The translations under genes and the position numbers were made by a program. This document shows, in pieces, positions 30,850 through 43,745 of a DNA stretch of 64,000 nt. Source of the stretch: Eledone cirrhosa. Lineage: Eukaryota. The notes beneath the pieces were generated by a model. That model was not told the origin of the DNA and did no database searches. It was given only the letters and a program-made list of their open reading frames with translations. The DNA is taken from the NCBI GenBank assembly GCA_964016885.1, contig OZ024742.1, positions 76,756,001 through 76,820,000 on the forward strand, read 5' to 3'. Numbering within the stretch: the stretch's first letter is position 1; every line of letters starts with the position of its first letter.

Positions 30850-31055
30850 TTGTTATACTTGGGGAGGGTCATATTTGTGGAATATTGCCAGAATTAATAC
30901 CAGAACACACTCACTGTTTGGTTGGTTTTCGCTTCTGGCGTCTGTGTCTTTTATATCGGTAATCAAATATACTAGGTCCTCAATGTTGCCATTGACTGAC
31001 CGGCTGTCAAAAATAATACAGATACAATATAGACACAAACACATATATACAGTTT

Positions 31056-31097
31056 ATCATGAATCTTTCGTTGCACATCTGCAACATCGTCAGTGGT
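31056..31097 (-). ncRNA. Minimal type I hammerhead in the PLE 3' repeat (U16.1 mutated to C)
   Basis: Reverse complement reads ACCA-CTGACGA-T-GTTGCA(gatg)TGCAAC-GAAA-GATT-CA-TGAT. The inverted copy at 34126-34145 keeps GAAA-GATT-TA-TGAT. Confidence 0.7.
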
Positions 31098-31325
31098 GCT
31101 ATATGTTCCTCCTGTTGTATTGTATGTCTACGCCATTTTTATTCAGTCTGTCTATATATTTATTTATTTATTTGCTTGTTTGTTTATTTTATTTTGTCTT
31201 CTTTGCGCATGCGATTGCGTGTGTGTATAGTGGTTTGTTTGCTGTGTGATGGGTGACTAGTGTGTGTTTATGTGCTTGTGTATGTATTTATTTATTTATT
31301 TATTTATTTAATTTTATTTACTTAT

Positions 31326-34114
31326 TTATACTTCTCTTAGGTCAGTGTTGTTTGTTTGGGTGTTGTTGTTATTGCATTCATTCTTTCTCTTTAGCCTTGG
31401 TCTTCTAATTTCTATTTCACCGGCCTCTCTGATTTGCCTATCTGCTGGGTCATTTCTATGTTTAGATATTATTCTAATTTCTATGTTGTCTATGTTACCG
31501 TCATGTTGTTGTCTAGCATGTTCGTATAGTACTGACCCGTTTTTTCGTCCTTTTAGTTCCCCCCAGTGTTGGTCTATCCTTTCACCTATGCTACGAGCTG
31601 TCTCACCTATGTATGTTGTTGTCATGTTTCTGCAAGTACCCTCTGTACATCTTATGCTATAGACTACGTTTCTAGTTTTACAGTTTATCCGGGGGTTCAC
31701 CTTACATATGATACATTTCCTATTAGTAAAGTTGGTTTTCTAAAAAGGGTAGGTTTTGCTGATCAGAGATTTTATGGTGGTTCCTGCCTTTTCTACCACC
31801 TTTATTTTTAAGTGGGTCTTTCTCAGGGCCTTTCTACACTGGTTAGCTAATTTCCCTCCAGGGGTAGTGTCCACAAACATGACACTCTGGTATCTCTGGT
31901 TGTCGTACCATGAGGTGGCTTTCCCTATCTTATGTCTAGCCCTATCTAAGCTATTCCATGATTTGCTCCTGTATAATGGACAAATTCCTTTCATGTCCAG
32001 TTCTATGAGGGTCTTATACTTCTCCATGGCTCCTTCGTATACTCTGATTCTGTCTCTTTGGTTGTAGCCAGAGAACTGCATGCGGTTGATGAAGTGTTGG
32101 ATGTGTCTTTCCATTTCTGTTGGGTCGCACATGCGGGACACATTCTTCATCACTCGTACCAAATCTGCGATCAGAATATTAAGCTTAGCACTACTGGACA
32201 TTGCTGAGTTTTTGAGTATCAGGTTTTTGGAGGCCATGGGTTTAGCATAGTGTGAGTGGAGAATTTGGGCTCTCTCGTCTATAGTGTTAATCCAGAGTTC
32301 TGTGTCTAATACAGGTAGTCTATTGTTAGGGTGTTTGGAAGGGAAGTCGATAGTTACAGTTATACTCTGGTGTATGGAATTAGCTATCTGCTACCTTCTA
32401 AATCAAACTTGTTAGTGCTCTCTAGTGGGGGTGTTCTTATAACTATATTGATATCGTCTACATAACGAGAGTACATGATGAGGTCTATGGAGCTCTCATT
32501 AAGGAGATCTTTAAGTCTCCTTTCCCACCATACCATGAAAAGGTTGGTAACATCACCAGCTATGCTGACGCCGATGGCTGCTCCCTCATTTTGGGTGTAG
32601 ATCTTATCGTTGAACTTAAATATGTGGCCCTTTAGGGTAGTTTTCATACTAGCCCCTATTGCATGTGCGACCATTTTTCTTACCTGATCAGTGTTTTGGG
32701 GGGTCCGTATAGCTTTGGTCCACCCAATCCACCTTCCCATGAAAGTCTTTTTTGCCATTGAGGTTATGGTGGGGGGTCTACCTCTTATAGGTCTACTAGG
32801 GCAGAAACGTCTAAGGTCATGGCTGTCTAGGTAGTCAGTGTCGTAGGTAAGTCTAAGTAGGAGGCTCAGTTCGTCTGTGTCGACGTGGCAGAACTCCACC
32901 TCACTCTCAATGATCATCTTCACACATCTTTTCACAGCAAAATCAATGTTAATGGATGGGTACAGTGACACCACATCCATGCTGCCTATTATGCAGTTGG
33001 ATAGGTTCCTGTTTTTGTTGCACTCACTGATTCTGCTGAGGAGGTCCTCTGTACTGTCACATACATCTGGGGACATCTTGATTATGGGGCGTATAACCAT
33101 TGAGAGGAAGTAGGAGATCCTGTAGTTGCCAGCTATATTAGCTCCGCATACGGGTCTTGTTGGTGGTCCTGTTGTCGGGTCGTCGACTGTCTTGTGATCT
33201 TTGCGGAGCCCATACAAGGGTGGTATGCTATTGTTAGACGCCTGGCAGTTGTTGGCAGTGCGTCTGCTTGGCTTTAAGATGTCAGTCCACATCATCATGT
33301 GAGCGTTGAGGATTTTCTCTCTGCCATCGTGTGCTTGTGCAATTTCGCTCGTGTTGGTGATGTGGGTTTGCATAGCCTTGATGTAGTTCGGCATGCTATC
33401 TATTGACATCCTACCAGACTTATCCGTGGGTAGACATACTACCTCACCACCCCTTGTGCGCTGCTGCTTGAGGCTAACCAAGCATTTTACAGGTTTCCTC
33501 TCAAGTTGTTGGGCCTCTGGTCTGCTCTGTCTCTTAGTATACCTGTCTACTATTTGTCTAATCTTATTTCTAGCTATGGTGAACTGTGCCTCTGTCTCGT
33601 CATCTATTTGTTGTCGTATGCAAACTCTTTTATTAAAGGGTAACCTCGTAGGATAGATATTACCCATCTTATATGTTTTGTCAGCTGGGTTGAAAAATAG
33701 TTTCTCTAGGGGGTTGCCATTATATCTATCGTCATAGTTGTGTGTGGTGCTATTATTGTTATCATGGTGGTTGTTGTTGTTTCTATCATTAGCATTATTA
33801 TTATTCTTATGATTGCTAGATGTATTGTTGTTTACTTCACCGTTATTGTTGTTGATACTATTATTTCTACCATTGTGGTTGTTACTTTTATTATGTTTCT
33901 TGTTTTTGTTGTGTCCATAATTGATGTTGCTACATGTACTATTTCCATTATTACCACTGTGGTTATTGTTGTTGTTGTTGTTTATATTGTTACCGTTATT
34001 ACTACTGTGGTCGCTGCTGCTGTGTCTGTGGTTAATGTTTCTATTATTATTATTATTGTGGTTGTTGTTGTTCTGCCTATCGTTAGTATTATTACCATTA
34101 TCACTATTTCTCAC
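31326..34114 (-). pseudogene. PLE reverse transcriptase / GIY-YIG endonuclease, frameshifted
   Basis: PTDKSG, PPLYGLRKDHK, PPTRPV, SMDVVSLYPSI, QNEGAAIG, YSRYVDD, LPVLD, HYAKPMAS; endonuclease NVVYSIRC..C..YIGETARSIGER..H. Split into ORFs 32384-34114, 31740-32237 and 31326-31700. Confidence 0.93.
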
Positions 34115-34394
34115 TTTCCTGCTATTGTAACGAAAGATTTATGATAAACTATATATATGTGTCTGTGTCTATATTGTATCTGTATTATTTTTGACCGCCG
34201 GTCAGTCAATGGCAACATTGAGGACCGAGTATATTAGATTACCGATATAAAAGACACAAAAGCGAGAAGCAAAAACCAACCAAACAGTGAGTGTGTTCTG
34301 TTATTAATTCTGGCAATATTACAGAAAAAAGAGCCTCCCCAAGTATAACAATATTTGTTTCGACACACGATTTCATATAAAAAACCTCGCAAAA

Positions 34395-34449
<55 letters not shown>

Positions 34450-34577
34450 CTCTCTCTCTCTATATATATATATATATCTCTCTCTCTATATATATATATA
34501 TCTCTCTCTCTATATATATATATATATTTATATATATATTTATATATATTTGTCTCTCTCTCCCCCCCCCCCCTCTA

Positions 34578-34630
<53 letters not shown>

Positions 34631-34641
34631 TTTTTTTTTTA

Positions 34642-34679
<38 letters not shown>

Positions 34680-34964
34680 AACAAATTATCGAGAATCGCA
34701 TTTCGGCCCTCGAAATAAAGAAAAACAACCGAGATGTGTGGCAAGTGCTCAATGATTCAGATGAACCAGAGCTATAACAAACTTTCGAGGCCAAACACAC
34801 TGAGACAACGGTTAAACAATGATCGGCACAGCAAAAAAAAAACGATCAAGTAATTCGGGTCAAAGAAATAAAAATATATGTGATTGAAAAACTTACCCGG
34901 ACCCCTGGAAGGTTGGTATATATTGTTATCTGTATATATGTATGTATATATTTTTATCTGTATA

Positions 34965-34999
<35 letters not shown>

Positions 35000-35125
35000 T
35001 TTACGTCTTTCATATTATTGTTCTGCATCCCCATGCATTGAACGACAAAGTTACTAAGACAAAACCTATATATTTGCTGGCATAGGTATGCATCTGTATA
35101 TATATGTTAGTAGATATATTAATTC

Positions 35126-35222
<97 letters not shown>

Positions 35223-35280
35223 TTTTATCTGTATATATATATATATATATGTATATATTATTATCTGTATATATATATAT

Positions 35281-36362
35281 ATTTATTAAAATAACAGATT
35301 AAAGTTTAAGCAAAGAATCGATGCTTTCACCCTTAACGGGATCTTCTGAAACTAACAAAGTCAATTTGTAAACGCGGAAGTGTATATTTCAAAAAACGTT
35401 GCAACCGGAGGAATACAGGAAGACGATAATTCGCTTAGGTAAGTATATATTACATGTATGTTTTGTGAAGGTCCGTATACTTTCTCGTACGTATATTTGA
35501 TTGTATATATTATGGTGTATAATTTTATTTCTGGTACATATGGTTTGGGTATGTGTATACGGGAGTTTTGCGTCTGTGTCAGTATGCAGGTTTGTACGTA
35601 TGTAGGGTGTGTGTATATGCGTAGTCATGTTTTGGTTGGCGTACTTCTCCGAACATTTGTGTATTTACATGTAGGTATGTGTGTACACTTGTTATGTACG
35701 TATTTATTTATTTATATACGTTTATTTAATTATTTATTTATTTGTATACACGCACACACACACACATATTTATATGTGCGTGGTTTTGTATACCTATGGC
35801 AAGTGTTTTCGCGTATGCTTGTGTATGTACGGTTTTGCATGCGTGTATGTATTTATTTAATTTCTATTACCTCGGTATTGTATTTGTTACTTTATTCTTA
35901 ACTCTGAAGCGGAGATTCATTCGGTTTCCTAGTTAGAATTTTAGTCTACGACTTCAGCTAGACCATTTACGTGGTTTTGTCTTTGCGTGCAATTCTCCTC
36001 CACGCTCCACATATGACGTATTATCTTCGTTATTTCCGTTCATTGCCAGATCGTCTCTATGAACCAACTAAGAGAAAATTAGTCTACGACTTCTTTTATA
36101 CCATAACCGTGGTTCTGTCTTTGCGCGTAATTGTTTTTCACCGCTCATACTAATGACGTATTATATTCGTTTTTTTCCCGTTCTTTGCCTGGGAACGTTT
36201 CCACGAGCCAAAGTATCGTCTTCCTGTCTTCCTCCGGTTGCAACGTTTTTTGAAGTATCCACTTCTGTGTTTACAGATTGACTTTGTTAGTTTCAGAAGA
36301 TCTCGTTAAGGGTGAAAGCAGCGATTCTTTGCTTAAACTTTAATCTGTTATTTTAATAAATA
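35281..36362. mobile_element. Fold-back element, arms 35281-35428 / 36214-36362, with an internal ~137-bp tandem duplication
   Basis: Arms are reverse complements; internal direct repeats begin at ~35940 and ~36078; abuts (TA)n. Confidence 0.8.
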
Positions 36363-36466
36363 TTTGCTCTACGGTTCTTATATATTTGATATATATTTAG
36401 CCTTATTGAGCCCTCTTTGGATTTTAGTCTTCAAATTTATTATTATTACTATTATTATTATTATTA

Positions 36467-39140
36467 CAGTTGCATTTATCTTGCTTTATGTTCATACGAG
36501 TTATCACCAAGTCACAACCAGTGACCTCAAGAGACAACAAGGTCCGCCATGTTCAAGAAAGAACATACATATTCACACATGCATCTTTAGTGTTTAGACT
36601 TGTGATGTACTTATATTGACAGAATCTTCCTTAGTATATGGGCAGTTCCCATTAGTACTATCTTTTGTATTTCTCCTATACGCGGGTTTCCTGGTATTTG
36701 CGATATGTAATCATTAGACCCCTTAGGAATCATTCCCAGAGCGCCTACAACCACTGGTATTATTTTAGTTCTCAATTTCCACATTTTTCCAATTTCTATC
36801 TCCAGGTCCTTATACTTGCTCAATTTTTCAAATGTTTTTATAGATACATTCTTGTCTATTGGAACGGACATATCAATTAGCAGGCATACCCTCTTTTTAA
36901 AGTCCTTCAATATTATATCAGGTCTATTTGCATCTATTTTTCGGTCTGTTTGGATGCTAAAGTTCCACAAGATTGAGATGTGATCTTTTTCAAGTATGGG
37001 AGGTGGTTGATGCTCCCACCAATTCTTTTGATGGGGCAGGTCAAAATGCTTACACATTATCCAATGTATGTATTGTGCAGCTCTGTCATGCCTGTTTAGG
37101 TATTCGGTTGGAGCTATAGTACTGCACATTGAAATTATATGGTCAATGGTCTCTGGTTGTTTTTTGTATACACGGCATAATGGGCTGCACCCATTTTTTA
37201 TTATGTTGGCTTGGTAATTTTTTGTTGGCAGACACTGATCTTGTGCCGATATAATCAGTCCTTCAGTCTCCGATTTCAGTCCAGAGGATGCCAACCACTG
37301 ATGGGTTAAAGTTTTGTCAACATCAGGATTGTTAGCTCGCTCTGGGTATTTTCCATACAGAGGCTTTTCTTGCCATTTCTTAGCCAGTTTCTGTAGCAGT
37401 TCTTTCTTTGCAGTTACTTTTACCTGCTTTGCTTTTTCTGTGTTTTCCATTTCAGCAGTAAATGGGACTTCTGAAATTTGTAGTCCATTACTGTATCTTT
37501 GTGCATCTTTTGTAATGGAATATGATCTTTTGATGCTTTCGTGTTTCAAAACGAGTTTGATCATCCAATCATGTGATTCCCTTAGATATGTAGATAATCC
37601 AATTGTTGCAGTTTTCAACGCAATGTCTAACTGGATTAACCCACGTCCTCCTTCTTTCCTAGGGAGATATATTCTATCTACATCTGCCTTAGGGTGATGC
37701 ATTCTGTGCATGGTTAAGAATTTTCGAACTTTTGTATCGAGCCTACGGATCTCTGTGCTTGACCAGTTGATGACATTGTAACTGTAGGTTACTACTGGTA
37801 TGGCAAGCGTGTTTATGGCATCGATCCTATTTCTTGCCTTCAATTCCGTTCTTAAGATGGCTCTTACTCTGCGGTAACATTCCTTCCTTATCCTTTCCCT
37901 CATTGTCGAGTGCTTGATTCCGTCTCCTTCACAAACACCTAGATATTTGTAAGTTTTTTCTTGATCAAGTTCTCTTATCACGTTCCCCCGATCAAGATTA
38001 ATGTCTGAAAACTTCAGCAGCTTTCCTCTGGTGAACGTTGCTTTGGCGCATTTATCTAGTCCAAACTCCATTTTAATGTCATCACTGAACTGCTTCACAG
38101 TGGATAATAGCCCTTGCAATTGTTCATCATTTTTTGCAAATAGTTTCAGGTCATCCAAGTAGAACAGGTGATTAATGGTTTTGTCATAGACTTTATATCC
38201 ATGTTTTGTTTCATTGAGCATTTTACTTAATGGTATAAGTGCGATGCAGAATAAAAGCGGTGATAAAGAGTCACCCTGAAAAATTCCACAATTAATATTA
38301 ACTTCTCCAGCTTACAGTGATTTTGTTTCACTATTCAAAAGGAGTGTCGTTTTCCATGTCTTCATACTGAATGACAAAAACCTCCTGACAACGGGGGATA
38401 CTTTGAACATCTCTAAACATTTTTCAATCCAACTGTGTGGCAAACTATCAAATGCTTTTTTATAATCTATCCAAGCAATCGATAGATTTGTGTGTCTATT
38501 ATGACAATCTTCCAGTATCATTTTGTTAACCAGAAGCTGATCCTTACAGCCATATGAGCCTCGTTTACACCCTTTCTGCTCAATGGGAAATAGGTCATTT
38601 GTTATCAGGTGGTCATATGTGTATTCAGTTAGGACTGATGTTAAAATTTTATACATTGTGGTCAAGCAAGTTATCGGTCTGTAATTTTTGGGATTGTTTG
38701 TCTCATCATTCTTCGGCAGCAGGAATGTAATGCCGTTAACTAGCCATGAAGTTATCATTTCTGGCTCCTTAACTATTTCATTGTAAAGTTGGGCTAACAG
38801 CTCATGAGACTCTGTGAAGGCATTTATCCAAAAGTTTTGTATTTTGTCTTTTCCTGGGGATTTCCATTTGCTGGTTTTTCTTAGAGCCAAGCGCAACTGT
38901 TCAACTGTTATATTTTCCCATGTTTGTTCCTCAAGGTGAGCTGTATCTTTCATTTGTCTGTCTATCCATGGGGCATGTATGTTATGAACTTTTTCTTCGG
39001 CCCAGATCTTTTCCCAGAATTCTTGCACTTCCTCCTTGGGTGATATTGATTTAGCAGTTATTGTTGACTTACCAGTTTTTCTGTAGAAGTTTCTTTGGTT
39101 GTTTTTGAACATATTATTGTCCTTATAGAATCTAGAAAGT
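36467..39140 (-). mobile_element. R4/Dong-like non-LTR retrotransposon (RT plus RLE), 5'-truncated
   Basis: [93 protein letters not shown]. Sense 3' end runs into (AAT)n. One frameshift near 38300. Confidence 0.9.
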
Positions 39141-39499
39141 GATGGGAAGTTTGAACCATTAGCTGATTTTTCGACCCCAGTCTGGCTCCTCTCTGAGGGA
39201 CGCCGTCCTTTTTTACCCGGGTGACGGCCGATCCGGTATGAGATTTTATCATTAGACATTTACTTTGTTTTCTCGCGTTTTATCCTTATCCGCCAAGGGG
39301 TAATCATTTCGTGTTACCACTTCTAGAACGAGTGTCAACCAAGACTAGAGGGGTCGTACTCCCCTAGAGACACGGCTATTCCCCGCCGGACGCCATCCCG
39401 GTATTTCTTGGTCACGGGGTTTTCTTTTTGTTGTTTTTTTTTAAATTGTTATTATCATGAGTGGTTCCTTAATGTGAGCATTGCGTGGCTTGAGAATGA

Positions 39500-39560
39500 A
39501 ATTATTAATAATTGTCTCCACTCCAAGCACAAGGCCAGCAATCACCCAGTGCATTACAAT
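39500..39560 (-). mobile_element. SINE 3' tail fragment
   Basis: ATAATTGTCTCCACTCCAAGCACAAGGCCAGCAATCACCCAGTGCATTAC matches the reverse complement of the 12231-family tail. Confidence 0.6.
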
Positions 39561-40361
39561 AATATAATATACTTTTTGTTGTAGTTGGCTTTTATTGTTG
39601 TTGGCTATGTCGGTGGTGGTGCCGGGGCTTTTTATATTGTTGGTGAGGAAGGGGTGAGCCAGCAGTCCCATAGTTGTTGATATTGACGTTTGGCCTTGGC
39701 CAGGTCACTAAGTCAATCTATTTATATATTTTGCTAGCCTCTCCCTTGTCTAGTGATACCGCCACCTTTCCCTTTCTCTCTCAAGTTAACAGGGGAATAG
39801 TGGTGGTAGCATTGAAGGAGTGGTGGCGGCGGGGAGATGTGGGAGACAGTAGCGGCGGTATCAATACTAAGACAGTGGTGGTAGTGATGTCGATACCGAG
39901 GCAGTGGTGGTGGTGATGTGATCGTATTACTGTAGTGATGGTGTTGTAGCGGTGGTAGCAATGAAGGAGTGGTGGCGGCGGTGATGGGATAGTGGTGGTA
40001 ATGATGGCAGTAGTGAGTGGTGGTGGTGAAATTGCCGTTATCTGGCTGTTGTGTTTAGTGTACACAGAGAGGTGATGGGGTAGGTGTTGTATCTAGTTTC
40101 TGGTGCTGTTTGGCTGTTCTATATAGCGTAGACAGAGGGGGGGGGGGTTCTTCTTCCATTTATAGCCATTTTCTTTTTTGAATATACAATGTACAATACA
40201 AAGTTGAATATTTGAATATTTGAGCCTTATAACAATATATTTTGGGTCCGAATTTTTTTGGGCTCAAGCCGGATGCTTTACGTAGCATTTGTACTAAGAG
40301 TTGTTATTTCACAAATAATTTAAATATGTTAAAAATTCAAAACTTACGGGAGCGATTTCAT

Positions 40362-40433
40362 GACCTTCCGCCACCTCGTGCGTCTTCTTCCCATTCTCTG
40401 ACCTTCCGCCACCTCGTGCGTCTTCTTCCCATT
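40362..40433. repeat. ~34-bp direct duplication followed by (TTA)n/(TA)n
   Basis: GACCTTCCGCCACCTCGTGCGTCTTCTTCCCATT occurs twice. Confidence 0.85.
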
Positions 40434-40436
40434 GTC

Positions 40437-40494
<58 letters not shown>

Positions 40495-40500
40495 TATCAT

Positions 40501-40561
<61 letters not shown>

Positions 40562-40569
40562 TTCATCTG

Positions 40570-40600
<31 letters not shown>

Positions 40601-40616
40601 GTATTTATTTATGTGT

Positions 40617-40666
<50 letters not shown>

Positions 40667-40668
<2 letters not shown>

Positions 40669-41563
40669 AGGTGGGCCAGAAAAGTTCCAGGACTGATGTT
40701 ACAAAAGATTTATTTCAAACAAATACTTCACACTAAGAGTTTTCTCCTTCAAAGTAATCCCCCTGGAATCTAATACAGTTTTCTATCCTTTTGGGCCACG
40801 GTTGCATGCACTCCTGGAAGTATTCTTCCGGGATCCTCCGCAGTTCCGTCGTCAGGGCCTTTTTGATTTCGTCCACGTCTTCAAAACGGCTCCCCTCCGG
40901 GTTGTACTCAAAGATCCATGACTCATCACCGGTGATGACTGTCGCTAGCAAGTTTGGTTCGGCTTCAAGTCGCTCGAGGATGTCCTGGCACACTTGCATC
41001 CCGTCGACCCTTCGGGTCATCGTTCAGCAGTTTTGGCATCGTCTTCGCGCAGACTTTCCGCATATCCAAATCTTCAGTGAGAATCTTCCAGACGCTGTCC
41101 AAAATCAAGCCCAGCTCATTTGCCATGATTCGAGCAGTCAGCCGTCGATCGCTACGCACCATCTGCCTGAGGCCCTCAACATTGACCTCAGTCCTGCTTG
41201 TTGAGGGCCTTCCGCTCCTGGGGTAATCTTCCACGTCCTCGCGTCCTTCTTTAAGCCTCTTGCACTTCTGAAAAACACGTGAGCGTGACATCGTCTCATC
41301 TCCATACACTTGCTGCAGCTATCCCAGTGTTTCTGACGGAGTTTTCAAGGTTGTTCTTTGCTCTGTGCTCATTGCTTAACGACCTGAAACAGAGGACATG
41401 TATATACAATTATGAGGAAAAAAGTTTGATCGCTGCGCAGAGCTAATATTACAGTTACATACTCCAGGGGGATTACTTTGAAGGAGAAACGTCTTAGTGT
41501 GAAGTTTGGGTTTGAAATACTTCTTTTGTGACACCAGTCCTGGAACTTTTCTGACCCACCTCG
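40667..41563 (-). mobile_element. Tc1/mariner (mariner) element, internally deleted
   Basis: TIRs (A/C)GAGGTGGG(C/T)CAGAAAAGTTCCAGGACTG flanked by TA. Transposase remnants: YGDETMSRSRVF..EDVEDYPRSGRP (HTH), RKVCAKTMPKLL (WVPHEL-like), VITGDESW, and C-terminal GDYFEG. Confidence 0.93.
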
Positions 41564-41961
41564 TATATATATATATATATATATATATAAATATATATAT
41601 ACGGGGTAACAGATTATGTTATAGGTAGTCCACTTAGGTGTAGTCGAGTTAGGGTACTCCGAGTAGTGGATGATATCAACGCTTGGCTAAATTTGACTCT
41701 ACAAGTCGTTTCCATAGTGATGCTGCGAGTACGCGGTGATTTCTATGTTGTTAACACTTGGCGTAATGATAAATCATGAAAGAAGAGTGACACGGTTTGC
41801 TATACAAAAAAGGTTTTTAATCTCATTGCTGACAATTGGTTCTTTGAACTGGTAGGGCTAGAGATCGCTACCAGCTTATTTTCACGTCATTCGATCACCA
41901 ATACATAGTTGTAACCAGTCAATCATCGGAGCTTGTGATGAAGCTCCGATGAATTGACTGG

Positions 41962-42022
<61 letters not shown>

Positions 42023-42027
<5 letters not shown>

Positions 42028-42188
42028 AGATTTGAATGGATACAGTTTAGTTGAAAGGAATTTATTGACACGTGTTTCTATAACAGTTACATAACCTGAA
42101 AACAGCTGTTTTCAGGTTATGTAACTGTTATAGAAACACGTGTCAATAAATTCCTTTCAACTAAACTGTATCCATTCTAATCTTTCTA
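42023..42188. repeat. Near-perfect 166-bp palindrome with no spacer
   Basis: Centre AACAG|CTGTT at 42105/42106; each arm carries GAAAC-ACGT-GTC on its own strand. Confidence 0.92.
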
Positions 42189-42296
42189 TTTTTCTCCGGA
42201 TTACTTTTGGAACTACAACTGGAACCGTCGAGCAAACTCTACGTGAGCTGTCAATCTACTGTGTGTAATATTTATATTACAACACAACGGAAAATA

Positions 42297-42359
<63 letters not shown>

Positions 42360-43278
42360 GTGTCTATATATTGTTCCGTCTTTAAGTTGAAGATACAGAG
42401 AGATGGTTACGACCTCACAAAAAGATATTGAAAGAAACTTAATCTTAGTCCCTGAATGAATTAACTATTTACTACTGACACTCTGAATACGAAATTAGTG
42501 TCGTTTAGTATCTTTGGATGTAAATCTTTAACGCATTAAAATCCCTGCCTCACATTATGCATTAGCAGCTAGAATATTGATTTTCTTTTTTTTTTTTTCA
42601 TTTTAGTTTATATGGCATGATGCTAGATCTATGAATTAAACTGTCTGAATAGATTAACATATAATGTAGTTAGGTATTAAACTTCACAACAATTCACAAA
42701 GGATGTGCTTTATTAAATTTACCAGTGTGCATCAATATAAGATTAGATATAAATTGAGCAATAATTTGGCGATTATATAACCTACACTATGCATAAATTG
42801 TCTTCATTTGTAGAAGGAAGATAGATAAAATTGGCATTCTTTTGACAGATATATAAATGCCCTATATTTTAGGGGAACATCTAATGCAGTTGTCACGTCA
42901 TGGCTGCTCTGTAAGATGTAACTGACGTATGAGAAACGAAATGGGTTTAATAGTGAATTGAAATATCGTCATATATTTAATGGTTTTGTGTATATAACAC
43001 ATAAAATTTCCTTCTCCATAAATACAAAAACCATCCAAATTACTTGGAAAGGATATAGGATTTCTGACTTCTATGATTTTCTCAACGTTAACATGAAATA
43101 ACATATGCAAGCGGTTGAAATATCTTGACTTCACTTGTTCAGATTACATGGTGCATTAAAAAGCTCGTTAAAATGATCACAGAATATAATTTACATTTTT
43201 GATATCGTGAAATAGTCTGATTTATAATGGTGAAAGATATGAGATTGCTAACTCAGAATTACATGCGCAGTTGCAAAT

Positions 43279-43460
43279 AATAATAATAATAATAATAATT
43301 GTTTCTACTTTTGGCACAAGGGCAGCAATTATCCAGTGTATTACTGGTACTTTAATTTATTGACCCCGTAGGGATAAAAGGCAAAGTTAACCTCGGCGGG
43401 ATTTGGCTCAGAATGACAAGGGCCGTAACTCTATGCGTCAAAGCATGGCCTCCGACCCTC
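43279..43460 (-). mobile_element. tRNA-derived SINE (12231 family) with (ATT)n tail
   Basis: Reverse complement of the 12231-12420 sequence. Confidence 0.85.
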
Positions 43461-43697
43461 TACCGATACTGCCAATCCAATAATAATAATAATTGTTTCT
43501 ACTGGCACAAGGCCAGTACTTTGGGGAGAGGGAAATATCGATTAAAACGACCCTAGTGCATTACTGGTTCTTTAATTTATCGACCTAGTAAGGATGAAAG
43601 GCAAAGGTAACGTCGGCGGGATTTGAACTCAGAACACAAAGAGCCATAACTCTATGCTGAAAAGCATGTTGTCTGACGCTCTACCGATACTGCCAAT
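43461..43697 (-). mobile_element. Tandem SINE copy (12231 family)
   Basis: Second copy head-to-tail with the first; approximate boundary at the (AAT)n run near 43480. Confidence 0.8.
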
Positions 43698-43708
43698 TAA
43701 TAATAATA

Positions 43709-43742
<34 letters not shown>

Positions 43743-43745
<3 letters not shown>

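Larger units (their letters stand above)
30846..34398 (-). mobile_element. Penelope-like retroelement (RT plus GIY-YIG) with inverted terminal repeats
   Basis: Inverted repeats 30846-31073 / 34126-34356 enclose a frameshifted RT-EN ORF; flanked by (TA)n. Confidence 0.93.

Noticed and set aside
36290-36335. Hammerhead-like CAGAAGA-TCTC..GGG-T-GAAA in the fold-back arm
   Set aside because: U4 is replaced by A in both arms and no stem I pairing was found.
39560-40140. Pro/Thr/His-rich ORFs
   Set aside because: Degenerate (GGT)n low-complexity sequence with no assignable motif.
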